Positions 49,481 to 63,000 of a stretch of DNA of 64,000 bases are shown one piece after another. A program made the position numbers and the translations under genes. A model generated the notes under the pieces. The model did not search any database, was not told the DNA's origin, and saw nothing but the letters and a program-made list of their open reading frames with translations. The stretch is from assembly GCF_000143415.4 (NCBI RefSeq), contig NW_003314261.1, positions 971,325 through 1,035,324 on the forward strand, written 5' to 3'. This stretch comes from Selaginella moellendorffii (lineage: Eukaryota; Plantae; Lycopodiophyta). Within the stretch, counting starts at the first letter, position 1. Each line of letters opens with the position of its first letter.

Positions 49481-50898
49481 TCAAACTCGAAGCTTTCAGT
49501 GTCTTCTCTTCCAAGGGAGAAGATGATCAGGCAAGTTTCTCAGCTGACACCACGACCAAGTGGCCCGATTTTAGATTCTTTCCAAAGCGGAAGGTGTTTT
49601 CAAGAGCATTTTCCGCAGAGGCTCGCAACGTAGAAGTGGAGATGCGAGCGCTCTTGCCGGGAGGCCCAAGCAACTACGATGGTCTAGAGTTCGCCAAGGA
49701 TATGCTCAAGGGTTTGACAGCGAGGCAATTCGCACAGCTTAGCAAAAGTTTGCGACGACGGCGTCTATCACTTCCTCAGCTAACTAAGAGTTTTGGTGAT
49801 GGCGGCGGTATGGCGAGCTGAAGGAAGGGCCGGTAAGTCTGGGCGAGCAGCGGCGAGCAGCACTATCCCAGCACAGCATGGAGTCCCGTGATCAAGAACA
49901 GGAGGGATCTATACTGGCGGAGCTAGACCGAGCATGGCAAGAAGAAAATTTAAGAAGTGGAAGACTGAAAACTTCCCATTCTTCGTCGAGATCCTGGCTG
50001 AGAAGCAGCAGCTCAAGCCACTGATTGGCAGAAGACATAACATAGACAAGAAGAGCTTGACAAAAGAGCTGAGACGACGAACGCTGGTCCTCTCATTCCT
50101 CTTTATTGTCTAACGGCTTTCATTTAAACAAGACTCTGGAGAACAAAAACCAAACTTTTCTACCAACAGAATCTTATTGATTTGCCCGGGCTTGCGAAGG
50201 ACAGCAATCTATAGTTGCATGAACGTTCAAACTTTCACTAATAAGGTTTCTATTCCTGCCTGCAAAATCTATGAGGAGAAGAAAACAAGGGAAAAAAAAA
50301 TCCAGGGGAAAGCTCTTTGCCACTGCAGGCTGCGGAAAGAAACACTTAAAGACGAGCTTTTGCGATTACCACATGAGCAGCAGCCACTGCATCATCGCTT
50401 CCACTGATTGACAGATTGCCTGCAATCTCTGACAACTAAGAAGAGTGACACCTCTCTCCAAAGTTTTCTCGTGCGAGGCAGATCCAATGCGTGATCAGAT
50501 GATATTTCCCATCAGCTGGCTGTACAAATTCCGCACAAACAGAATCAAGCACGGTGCAAGCAAAGTCCCTTGCAAAAGTAGAGTACACATTATCGTCAAG
50601 AACACGACCATCACCTGGATCGCCACACAGTAGCTAACAATCGCTCGAAAGCTTTGACAGACCATTTTGAGTTTGGAAGCACCTCCACCATCGTCAGTGT
50701 CAGCTTCCTGAATCATCGATGTTCGTGCCCTCCCTCATTTCAGGCCCTGGAACCTTCTATCAACTTCATCTAGATCGTGATCTAAAGGAAGAAGGAAATC
50801 CATCAAAACTTTTGCTTGGCCACACAAACCATCGACCACTATAGAATATTCTCTATATTATGGTACAACATGGATCTTTTAGGGTTGGTCAATCTGGA

Positions 50899-51973
50899 AT
50901 GGAGGAGCACGCGAATGTGGATAGCCTCTTCAAGGGTGTGAAAGTGCCGCCGCGCTTGAGAGAAGCCGTGGATGCCACGCTCGAGTTGCAGAGGGTCATC
51001 TCCGCCTTCAGGCACAGTTGCTTCTTCTCTGTGGAGGGTGGAGCTCTGTTCGAGACAATTCAAGCGTGGTACGTGAAGAAATACGTGCCCAGTTCCAACC
51101 TGAAGGAGTACCCCAAGGTACACACTGTTTTTCTCGCTGTAGAGTTTAATTTGCTGCTTTAGGACCTGGAGGAAAGGAACCCATATGCACGGTATAAGAC
51201 TCAATTCCCAAATGCTGCAAGGGCGTGGTCCTCAAAGCTGGATTTCTTGCTTGATGAAATCCCGCTCTGCGACTCATCGCTGCAGTCGCTTGAGCGATGT
51301 AAGTTTCCCTCGCAGCCAGATGAAAATACTGACAAAAAGAACAACAGGGACTGTAAGTGCAGCGGAGCTGGAGCAGCTCCTGCTAGACCTGGGTGACGGC
51401 GGAAGGCTTGCTCCTCTTATTACTGTGTGCCCTTACCTTACACACTTGGAGAACGTCTACATGGCCGTGTTAGACGCGCGGCTGTGGCTCAGCTATTCAG
51501 AGCTTCCTGTCGAACCTCTTCGGAATAGCGGATCATGTGAGTGAGCCTTCAGCATTCTTGACTTTTTAGTTGCTCATGCATGGTTCATAGACAAGGCAAT
51601 TCGTATGGGGTCCGCTCCACCTGTGCGGCAGCTGCAGGGCAAGCCTCCCTCCCCCTTCTACGCCCTCGTGATGCGGCGTGAAGCGAACAACTACTTGGGC
51701 ATGCTCGGCGACCCGGGTTCGACGGTGTACTACGTGACGCCAATGGATTTTGAGCCAGGGAGACGAGGCTGTTACATGGCGAGGATGTCGAGATTGGGGC
51801 GGGGCTTCATGCGCAAGCGCGGGATGTCACCAAAAAAGCTTGCTGCAAGCCTGGCTGCAACGCCCATTGATGATAAGGAGTTCAAGGACCGCTTCCTCAA
51901 GCACAATAAGATGACAGAAACATCTTCCATGGCCAAGCTCCTGGCTCACCACATATATGACATCAGTGTCTAG
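50899..51973 (+). CDS. Unknown protein, ~4 exons (introns ~51118-51162, 51299-51348, 51537-51590)
   Basis: GC-rich coding-like segments joined by short GT-AG introns; no recognisable family motif; start uncertain. Confidence 0.55.
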
Positions 51974-53129
51974 TGGCCTGTTTTGTTTCTGCTTGTGTGG
52001 TCTTTCTTTCAGTTGCTGCCCCTTGTAAGCTTTTATCCAGATCTTTTTTAAGATTGAATAGCCACTGGACCTTCATGCACCGGTTGTGATCGTTATTTAT
52101 GATAAAAAGAAGTATCATGTCTATAGCTTGAGTAGCATTATGGTAATAACTGAACTCTAGATATTCCATCTTATGAATTTAATAATTGATATTATTTAAT
52201 AGTATTGTGAGGTCCAAGTGTTGTCCAAACTCATAGAATTTTTTGGGCTTTTTTATCCTAAATAAAAATGGGAATATTGAAGTTCTCACGAACTTGAAAT
52301 TTCTATTGTATATTGATATTTCAACAATTAATTAAAACTATATAAATAATTTGAACACTAATTCACTAATTCATTTGTTAGGGTTTTACAAATATAGGAA
52401 GTAAGGAGGATAAAAAATCTAGGAGTAGTTCTAGCATATATAAATATGAGAATGTTAATGTTGTTTCACCACCACAATCTTTATATTACACTTCTAGTCC
52501 TTATTACTCATTTGGAAATGTAAAAACCACTATCACTATTAATAAAAATGCTTTTGTTACTTTCAAAACAATAGTCTCAAGTAAGAGAAAAGAAGAAATG
52601 GACAACATAGCAAAAAGCATTAATAAATCCATTTCATAAAGCTTTCTATAGATTTTGTAATCCACTAAAATATTATATAGAAAAATTTTATATATATATA
52701 TATATATATATATCTCCTTTTCCTCTTGATATATTATATAAGTGTATATTATATATGATTTGGATAAATCAAAGAGTTAAATCTATATATATTTTTGAGA
52801 TTGAAAAGTAATCTTGCAAAAAGGCATGCTTGTGTGCTTATGTGCATTTGCCATTATTATATATGGCAGACCAGCTATATAAAATAAGGTTACATATTAA
52901 TCATGTATTAGTTTTTAACTTCTTGAACCCTATAGCCATTTGTCTCTAGTAGTAAGTTGTAATTATTGAGACTGACAATTATGATTCAATATATTGCCAT
53001 GTCATAATAAAATGTCATTCTCAAGATTGAAATATAGTATATTAATCAAAGAATTATTATTGTTAGAGAGTTTAATTCTTCTTGTGTATTGCAATAATTT
53101 GGAAGAAGTTTACTTTTGGTCTTGGAGAC

Positions 53130-53760
53130 TTCTCATATAAGTCTCCACCTTCATCTCTAAGCTCAACCAATAATCCATCTAAACCTCTACATAATAATCC
53201 TCTTCTTCATTTTGAGGGGTGTTCTGAAGTTCTTTCATTTGTGACCTCGAGTGCAATTGAATGAGTGTTCCCTTTTTATGATGTTGTTAAAAGAGTTGGA
53301 TTGCCTCTAATACTTCAAGAGTGATGTCAATATTTTCTTCAAGATCTTGCTTTAGATATGGCAGAAAATCTTGATGTAGATACATATTATCTTTCGTATC
53401 CTATATACTATTTTTCTTTGAACAAGATACATAGTTGCATGGGTTTGGTAAATTAAGAAAGAGTTAAGAGCACACAACCATTATCACTTTATAGTAAAGA
53501 ACAATATTCCATTAGTAAACACTACATCTAAAAGTGCTAAATATGGTATTTTTAGGCCACCCTACTAAAGTTCATTATGATATTATCCATCCCCTCCCCC
53601 CAACCCCCCCTCCTCCCTTTTGCCATTTTCTTTTTTTAAAAAATGGTATTAATTGTAGGTAGCATATTCATCATTATGAAATTTGATAGACTAATACTAT
53701 AACTATCTTTGACATTGCCACTATCTCTGACACTAACATTGACACTATTTTTGACATTGA
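53130..53760. repeat. Dispersed repeat, direct copy at ~58890-59495
   Basis: Shared CTCATATAAGTCTCCACCT, CAACCATTATCACTTTATAGT, TTATGAAATTTGATAGACT. Confidence 0.8.
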
Positions 53761-54024
53761 CACTATCATTATCGCTATCATTATCATTATCACATTGACA
53801 TGTGATATGCTTTTCTTATTGCAAGTGGATGCATTCAACTCTTTTTTACTGTATCATCATTAAATAGATTTTTTATATGACTCCTCAATTCAAAGGAAGA
53901 CTCATAGCATATGTTGTGCCATGCATACTCAGAAAGACTTCTAGGGCTCATTGTATTAGAGATTTATGATAGATATAGAGGAAAACCAAATTTGTATTGC
54001 ATATAAATTTTAAAACATCATAAA

Positions 54025-54360
54025 TTACCTCCTAAAAGCAACCAATAAAGAAGGACGAAAAACTTTAAGATGGCTTTTGAAGAGTTTATATTTTTGAATT
54101 GCAAACACCAATCTATCAGAATCATGTACTGCCTCAACCATCGAACCACTACCTATTGTGCAATCGATGACAACACCCCTAATTGGATAATAAAGTTCAA
54201 GTAGGATATACATCACTGATGGAGATCAAAACTAATACCTAAATAATGTATCATAAATGTCATCATCTATGAGATTTGGTATGATATCAGTAGAGTTATC
54301 ATACCCTGACAAGACCCATGTAACACACTCACTATCACAAATTTTCTCTTTTGCAAAACA
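54025..54360 (-). pseudogene. Relic C-terminus of an N6/N4 (beta-class) DNA methyltransferase-like protein
   Basis: F*SPSVMYILLELYYPIRGVVIDCTIGSGSMVEAVHDSDRLVFAIQK resembles KP..L...LI...S.PGD.VLDPF.GSGTT..AA...GR..IG.E; in-frame stops upstream. Confidence 0.6.
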
Positions 54361-55669
54361 TATGATAGGTCCACATTATAACTTAAATAATAAAACTTTT
54401 AGAGACAACACAAAACACAAGATGATTTCTTACTTTCTTTGGCATGCTTAGGATGCTTTTGGTCTTGACTCAAACACTATCCATGATGCACCCAAAAGAG
54501 AACCTCAAAAGGTAAAATGTGAAATTAAGAAAAATTTACATATTGTTATGTGGCATGTTGTAAATGTGAGTTTGTTTAGGTCCTCTTCTCAGGCATCAAA
54601 ACAAGCTAGAATGAAGTTACTCTCGATAATTCTTGTTACAACCATTTTGAAGAATTAAGAATAGGAGAAATTAAAAGAAATATACCACAAGAAGTTCCCT
54701 GGTTATAGGTATATTTTAGACAATCATTATCACTATTGACTAATTCTTCTAATTGTGGATTTGCACATCTTTGTTGTGGTAGAACTTCTTATATGTCCTG
54801 GTTCTCTTGCTACACTTTCTCTTGTGGAATTTCTTGCAAGTCATTCTCACTGCCATCTTCAATCTCCTCACTATTGGCATTGATAATGTTGACATTCTCA
54901 TGGTCACCATTTTTGTCATTCGGCATGTCTTCATTATTGCCTCTTGCAGCCTCTTAACAGGCTAATGCATAGTTTGACAAGAGTGGTCTACGCTCCATCA
55001 ACAGAATATTGTTCTTCACCATAAAAATATAGTAGCTGTATGTCTTTAACATTTTCTTGATTTTTTGTACATCTGTGTATGCACACCTTAACTAGCTCTT
55101 AGGCATTTGTGATAGTGCTCAAGAAAATTTACTAAACCCATGCAACTATTTGTCTTATTTAAATAAAAATAGCATCTTTAAAGAACAACTTTGGCCAAGT
55201 TTTCTATATCCCTATATTGAACAAATAATGCCTTCAGTGTATTTTTTGGATTATTGATATATATCTTCCATGAGAATGTTTTCTCCTATTCTTCTTTGAC
55301 ATTTAAACCTTGTCCACCTAGGATTAGTTGGGAAAAATGAGGTTGAAAACAGAATATAAAAACAAAAATATTTAGTAAGCTTACTAGCTTTAGTAGACAC
55401 CTTTTTTATGATTGCAAGTTGTAAATTTTTTTACATATGCGAGTTCCACATTTCTTGATCCCCCTTTAACACCACAAAAATACCAAAATTTAGCCACCCA
55501 GGACAATTTTCTCTCTTATAGTTTGTAATTGCAATACCTTTAGGTAGCTTCTCATCCCCATATATATAGGTAGGTGAAACAACCATAACTCAATAATGGT
55601 TGGAATTGCCATCTACATATATTTGAAGTACCTAAAACTTAAAAAGTAAAAAGTGTTACTTGTATATAA

Positions 55670-55975
55670 GATGCTGGAAAGTTGTTTCGATTGGGGAGTG
55701 ATGCTGAGAGAGAAGCTAGGGTTGTCTCCTTCAAGGGCTTTGTTAGGGAGAGAGATGGTGCCAACTGCTATGGCACCATCATCATGGAGCTGTGCGGCCC
55801 AAACCTATGCAAGGGATTGATCAACTGTAGGCCGATGAGGGAGGAGGATGCAGCAAAAATCATTAAGAAACTGGCTGAAACGCTTAAGGAGATCCACTCT
55901 AGGGGAATTATCCACTAGGATCTCAAGTCGAAGAACATTCTTTTCAAGCTTAATGCCACTAGCATGCACAATGTT
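55670..55975 (+). pseudogene. Ser/Thr protein kinase fragment (CAMK/CDPK-like subdomains V-VIb)
   Basis: IIMELCG...EEDAAKIIKKLAETLKEIHSRGIIH*DLKSKNILF; HRD Arg codon is a stop; isolated in AT-rich DNA. Confidence 0.8.
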
Positions 55976-56949
55976 CTTAATAAACTTTTTATATTATTGC
56001 ATCATTTGTTTCATCCCTTAGTTTTTATCATCATCCTTTTCAATCTCAACTTTATTAAGCACTAACTAAAGCTATGCCTAAATCTGTCAAATGCAAAACT
56101 TGAGTTTGCACTCTCCAACACTATTTGGTACTTCAATTGGTTTACTCTAGTTCTCCACCCCACTCCTACACATACCTAATCATATTCTCCACCACATTAA
56201 TATTAGCACAAGAGGGATTGATGAAGGGTGTAACAATATAAATCTTATGCCATTATGGCAGTAAAAGAAGAATATCTAAAAGAAGTTATTGATATATAGC
56301 TTTCAATATCTACAATCACATTTGCAACATACTTTATCACTATTAAATTCAAAAGAGTTTATTAATAATTGGGACTAAGGAATAGACAACTTTAAATAGT
56401 TTGTTGATTGCTCTCAACTCTATAAATGTCACTAGCTTGTAGAAATTTAATAAGCTCAGATACGGATCTCTTCATTTAGAATAGAGGGAAAATAAATATC
56501 TCATAGGAAAGATTCGTCTTTATACTAGAGAAACCCTCATATATCTTAGTGCTTTTTTTAATGGGGAAGTTCCAAGGAAAGAAATCAAGGGTTACATTAG
56601 ATAGATATTTCTTTCTATGGAATAGGTTTTCCCTCAAAATATTATAGAAATTTTCTCTGGGCAATACAAGACTTAGAAAAAAGAAAAAACGAGGCGAATA
56701 CTCTAGAAGTAATATGTACATTTTTCTTGCCCCATTCTATAAACTCTACCAGCAAACCACAAGGATTAATGAGTAAAGGTTACTAGGCCAATAAGGAAAA
56801 AATAATCCACAATATGTTTGCATACAAAAGTAAACAAAGACAAAAGAATAAAGCTTAGGGCTAACATAATAAAGCAAGGTGACTTAGGTAATTTGGAAGT
56901 GGCTAGGGAGTTTTTTTTTCTCTCTCTCTTTCCCTCTCACTTACTCTAC

Positions 56950-58310
56950 ACCTATGCCTTTGCTAAGATGCTCTTTGACATTTGCATGTAAAATTTTATT
57001 TTCTTTTGATGATTGACAACGAATAAAAACCTTGATTGGACGAGTATCCCCACTTGTAGTAGGATGATGTGCTGTAATCTTGGCCCTAGATGATAGATCA
57101 AATTCAAAGAAATTGACATACTCCTTAATGACTTAGTCAACCACTACAACATAAAAACCGTAAGAGGGATTTGAAAAGGGAGTAAAAGATGGAAACATAG
57201 AAGGAAGTAATAAGGAGATAAAAATGATGGAAGTAAAGGGACAAAAAAGAACAAAAGTGAGAGGAATGAAATAAATATAAGGAAGTATGAGATAAGGGGG
57301 AGAAGCCTCAAAGTTATACTTTAAGTTATATCTTTAAGTTGGCTTAAAGAGAAAGAGATAAGTGCTACATGTGGTATCAGAGAAAATGACATGGCTACTT
57401 AAAATATAATATACCCTTGAGCAACGTATATTCTTACCCCTAAAATTGAAATCATACATATAGTTCCCCTTAGCTCAGTAAGGGTTGTTAGTCAATAGTT
57501 AATAATCAATAAGGACATTGACATCTTTAAAGGGGGGGGTGAGTGTAGCATATGTGATCATAGGATGAGATTTAGATATATTGTCACCTTGGAACCTTGG
57601 GGGATAAATGGGGATAAAATAGCCACTAAAAGCTTTTTCATCAAACAATTACCTCTTTTTCAATTGGCTTAAGAAGAGAAAGATAGGATGCACTATAGCA
57701 CTAAGATGTTGTTGGTGCTAAGATCTCCACCCAAGAAATGGAGATTACTAATTTAAAAAATGTCGACAATGCTGATAAATATGACCAACTTCATCACATA
57801 CCTAGCAATAGACATCATAGCCATCACCACATCTTTGGCTTTGTCCTTGAACTCAAATAGCAATAGCATGAATCTCTATTAGAACATGATTATCTCCCAC
57901 AAGAAGTAGAGCTAAAGGACATGCAATAAAAAGTGGAAGAGATGATATCTCATAACGTTATACTAAGTGAAGACCATCACCAACGGTGGCTAGAGCAAGT
58001 GCATACACAAGTCCAACAAAATCTTGATAAAGTGTTATCCACAACATTTATAACTTGATCTGCTATGATATATCTAACTCCGCATGAAAATAAGTTAAGC
58101 ACCAAAAGCTAAATCTAAACCAAAATCTTAAATCCAAGCACTCTTTAAAGACTATCAAAATTACACTTCATCTCCACAAATGTGGGTGCATGGAATATAA
58201 AAATGTGCATATCAATTAGCCCAAAACCCTAGCTTATATATAAGAGCGGTCCAGATTGAAAATAATTAAACAGCTCTACACTAATATTAGTATATGGCAT
58301 TATAACTGTA
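56950..58310 (-). mobile_element. Internally deleted relic of the 32495-37552 gypsy family, with nested TRIM-like insertion
   Basis: Direct similarity to 35460-35810, 36290-36670 and 37290-37540 (including LTR). Confidence 0.75.
57330..57697 (+). mobile_element. TRIM-like miniature LTR element
   Basis: LTR end TTGGCTTAAAGAGAAAGAGATAAGTGCTACA, PBS TGGTATCAGAG (57372-57382), ~150-bp noncoding core, [18 protein letters not shown], second LTR from TGTAGCA (57544) ending TTGGCTTAAGAAGAGAAAGATAGG. Confidence 0.65.
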
Positions 58311-59544
58311 ACTTCTAATTCTAGAAACTACTCAATCAATATTTTATTGTATAGGTCGCATTAGAAATTAGAATTTTTCTAATTTATGGTTAACTATGTT
58401 GACTAGCATTGACTTGAGCTAAATTAAGCTCAACTAATGAGCTCAACTCAAGTTTGGACCATCCCCATTGGTGAATATTGCATTAGTGAGTGTTAAATGT
58501 TGGGATGTTTAGGCCACCCTATAATGTAATATGAGAGCTATGAGAGTCATGGTTTTTTTCAAAAGTTTAGTTCATTATATGTAAAGTAGAGAATCTTATA
58601 TTTTTTAGCATGATAGTATTCTAGCATGTATAAAGACATTATTATATATAATTATAATACCAATGGTTGTGACACTATTATAATTCTAAAGTCCCATTTT
58701 CAAGACTAAAATCTAGACTTCCAAGAATCTGTGTATTGTTAGTGCCATAATAAAAATTCATTCCCTAGAGTTCTTTTTAGTATAAATATTGACAAAGGAT
58801 GTTTTCATCATTCAAAATTCAATTTATTTAGAGTATAGAAATGGCTAGGGAGAATTTTATTGTTACTCACACTTGGCCTTCATGCATCTCATATAAGTCT
58901 CCACCTCCATCTCCAACTTTTACCAACATTCTACCCTTCCTTCCACATAATAAATGTTGTGAGGATTTTCTTTTATGGCTTTAAGTCTTTTTTGGATAAT
59001 GTTTCAGATATTGTTACTAGAGATGAATTGCCTTATGTGCTTTAAGAGTAATAGTAGATGTTTCTTCAAGATTTTGCTCTAGATATGGCTAAATTGTTTT
59101 TGAAAGAATGAACATATATTATCTTTAGTGTTCTATATGCGATTTTTGGTAGAGTTGGTTTGGAAGGTGTACATATATGGATGTAGAAAAAAATTAAGAA
59201 AGAGTTAAGGATATGCAACCATTATCACTTTATAGTGAAGAAGAATATTTTGTTAGTAAATACTACATCCATAAGTGCTAGATATAGCATTTTTAAGCTG
59301 CCCCTCTAAAGTTATAACTAACTTCTTAAATTGTGATATTGTCCATCCTCTCTTGCTTCCCCCTCCCACAAAATAAATAAATAAAAATAAAAAATGATAT
59401 TAATTATAAATAGTATAGTTGCTATTATGAAATTTGATAGACTGACCTTGTAATTATCTCTGACACTGACACTATCAATGTTGCTATCTTTGACGTTGCC
59501 ACATGTGAATAACAACAATATTAAAACTCCCATCATCATCCACC

Positions 59545-60029
59545 TACAGAATATAAAGTGGATGATTTGGTGTTAGTCTAATTTTACAATGTATGGTTTA
59601 TATAAGAGGCTTCTTGCTTAGAGGAAGGGACTGTATCGAGTGTTGCGGCAAATTAAATTGCAAGTTTATGAGGTTTGGCATAACATCTAATAAATCGATC
59701 CTCTAGAAATTGTACAGCTAAAATGCTTTGTAGAAAGGGATTAAGAACAATTTGCACCACTTACAGATTTATCGATGCCTCCTCTTGATATTCTTTTAGA
59801 TCCCAGACCATCCATTAAAGAACCTTAACTGTCTTTCACCATTCCGAAAGGAAGGGATGATGTAAGGTTTAAGTTACGATACTGTATACTAATATTAGTA
59901 TAGTGGGATTTTGATAGTTATTAGATTGATTTCCATCTGAATTACTCATTTCTATATATAAGCTAAGGTTTTTTGTGTTAATATATATGCACATTTCTAT
60001 ATTCCATTTCCATATTCCATGCACTTACA
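59545..60029 (+). mobile_element. 3' end + 3' LTR relic of the 32495-37552 gypsy family
   Basis: Reverse-complement match to 32500-33065, including PPT AAAGGAAGGGATGA and LTR. Confidence 0.75.
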
Positions 60030-63000
60030 GCTTGTGTTTTTAATATTATAAAAATATGCAATAATAACCTAAAATATATATAAATATATAAAATCAAAAT
60101 AAAATTTAAGTATGAATACATATTAAAAATGTAAATAGATTGTCAATTTTACTACCTCTTTTCATATTGAAATGAATCATATGTATAATATGGTATATAA
60201 ATGTTATAATAACTATAAATTTTATAAATATATTTTTAAGTTTAAAGTATTCACTAATTATTTTCTAGTTACTATGATTTTTTAAAATTTATCTACATAA
60301 ATGCTCAAGATATAGGACTAGATATATAATTAGAGTTTATAACCTTGCTTTAGATATGCCAAATTACATAAATGTATTTCTAGATCATACACTATCCTCC
60401 CCTTCAAAAGATGAAAAAATGATGACAATAAATCTGATGGAATATCTAGTGCTTTTATTAGATTATAAACTACTATAAGAACTTGATGCTTCTTTGGAAC
60501 TAATAGCATAATTCTTAACATCCATGACTGAAACAAAACTTAAAACTATAGCATAAATAATAAATTAATTACAAATTCTCAATAAACCAATTGCTTCTTT
60601 ATATGCAGTTACTAAATGTTTGAACTAATCTTGAAGTTAGAACTTTGAACCTAATCAAGGGACTTTGAGAACCACTACAATTCACAAAACATCATTACAA
60701 CAAATAACATATCCCGTTTCTAAGTTTATTTGCTAGCCATCCTCTAAGGCCACCATTAACTTGGACTCATGACCATTAATAGAATTTTCCTTTGGTAAAC
60801 TTTTAAGACTTATGTTAACTTAAATTCTCTCTATTTATTCTTGTCCAACATTAGACATAAGAGGTTAGACTCACTTTATTCATCTTCCACATCTTATTTA
60901 TCCCCTTCTTGAATGAAAAAAAAAATTGAAACACCAACTCCGTTTAGGCTTACTATACTTATCCTCAATCTGCCATCTATGTTTAGTTTCACTCTACTAT
61001 TGCATTCGTTCAACCTCACTATGTCAGGGTTAGATGTTTAGTTATACTCATCCTCATTTCACAATCCATGTCATTTATATTTGCTTCACTATTGTATTCA
61101 CTTTATTAGGGTTGGACTCCTAAATAACACTCAACTTACACCAAATTGAAAATAAGAATCATAAAAATCACAAATGATTATTATATTAAAAAAAGGAAAT
61201 GTTGTAGATAAAGAAGAAACACTAAGAATATAAGAAGATGGCTCAAGCCAAAAAATAAGAAAATGTTGGGAAAGAGCATGATAAAGAGGTAAATGTTATA
61301 TCTTGTGTATCATCCTAGATAGAGCAAAAGAAGAAAACTTAGGTGAAGTAGAGTTACTTTTAAGCTTAGGCATTCAAAGAAAAAAGACTTGACTTAGGCA
61401 ATATTTGTCATAGATAAGTGTAAAGCAATTAGGAATAGTTATAAAATCATGTAGTATATAAATAACACTTAAACGTGTTAGAAAACAACCCCCACTTACT
61501 ATTATATGCATTTATATTGAAATAACCATTTTTTTCCCACCTATAATTGTTTATACAATGTAGAGTTGAGAGAGTGATATATGTTTATCTTTCCTTATGC
61601 CTTTGGGGTTCAAAGTTGAATTCTTTTTTATTCTCTTTTCATTCTTCTTTTTTTCTTATCTTCTCTACATTCTTATCTTTGTGTTTTTATCACTATTTTG
61701 TAGGCAAGGGTAATAACACGAGTATAGGCAAACAAAGCCTTACTCACTTTTGGTGACCACGGTGGGATAAGTCATCACTTTTTGGCTTGAAAAACAGTTG
61801 AAAGAAAATCATTTATGAATTTCAAACATCCCTAGCACTAAGAATTACAAGTAGATCTCTTTAATGATTACAGAGGCCCTGAGCTTAGACAACATTGAGC
61901 AAAGAAGTTCTTTTTGTGACTACAGTGGCTTAGTGCTTAGATAACACAAGAAAGATAATTTTTCAATCATCATCTAAACTACAAAGCATGGGATGAGTTG
62001 AAATTAACACAAATTAGAGCTTGAAAAGATATGATTTAAGTCGACACTATTGTGCTAAACTTTGTTTTCTTTTGAAAAGCTACCTAAGCTATTTAGTTTG
62101 GCATATATTCCCAAGAAACTCAAGTTCAAATTATTTAGCCAGCAATTTCTTGAGAAAAATCCAAAAGAAGAAAAAATGAAGTTTGTTTAATGTGGAAAAC
62201 ATTTTTTAGCAACGTATCACAATTTTTCTAGGTATATATAAGTAGGAAAATTTAGCACTTATAACTCTTGTCTTCAACTCTAACTTAAAGAGAGCTAAAG
62301 TTAGTCTTAATGAAGAATAAATTGGGGAATTATTCACCTAAATTTTATAAAGCCTTGACAAAGGCAAAATCACAATTAGAATATTGTGCTGTCTCAAAGT
62401 TTTAATTTGATGTCCTTTAGCTTGGACAACTACTTAGACACGGTTTAAAAGTAGATTTATCCCGAATTTAAGTCTTCTATACATATTGTAAGAGCTTATG
62501 AAACTTGAATAAGACTCACAAGTTAAAAATTCAAAAACAATTATCACAAACCACTTTAATCGTTTGAACCTCTTTATGTTTAGTATACCTAGGCAAATTA
62601 ATCAAGGCTCATCTCTTATATATAGAGAGCTTACTTAGATTACAAATGCTACTCAGTGTGAAAAATGTCACTTTCCTATAAATTTTAAAAGCATTCATAT
62701 CACATCTAGCCTTATAGGGAGGAATTAAGGGCAATCACATGAAATGTGCCTTATATTCCTTGAACTGAGGCTTAGATAAAGAGCAAATATACAAATGAAT
62801 GGATGTGAAAATTTATATTTCAAACCAATTAAGCAATGTTTAATTATTAAGGGAAATACTTGTCACTCTATGCATGAAACACCTTTTGCAAGGTGTGAAC
62901 CACCCTTTGTGAAATGTGATCCACAGATGTACATACCTCCTTACATAAGAGAATTACCACCTAGTAAATATTTTCCATATAAGCAAAATTGTATAACTAC

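Noticed and set aside
50495-50716. Small hydrophobic minus-strand ORF
   Set aside because: No recognisable motif or supportable gene model.
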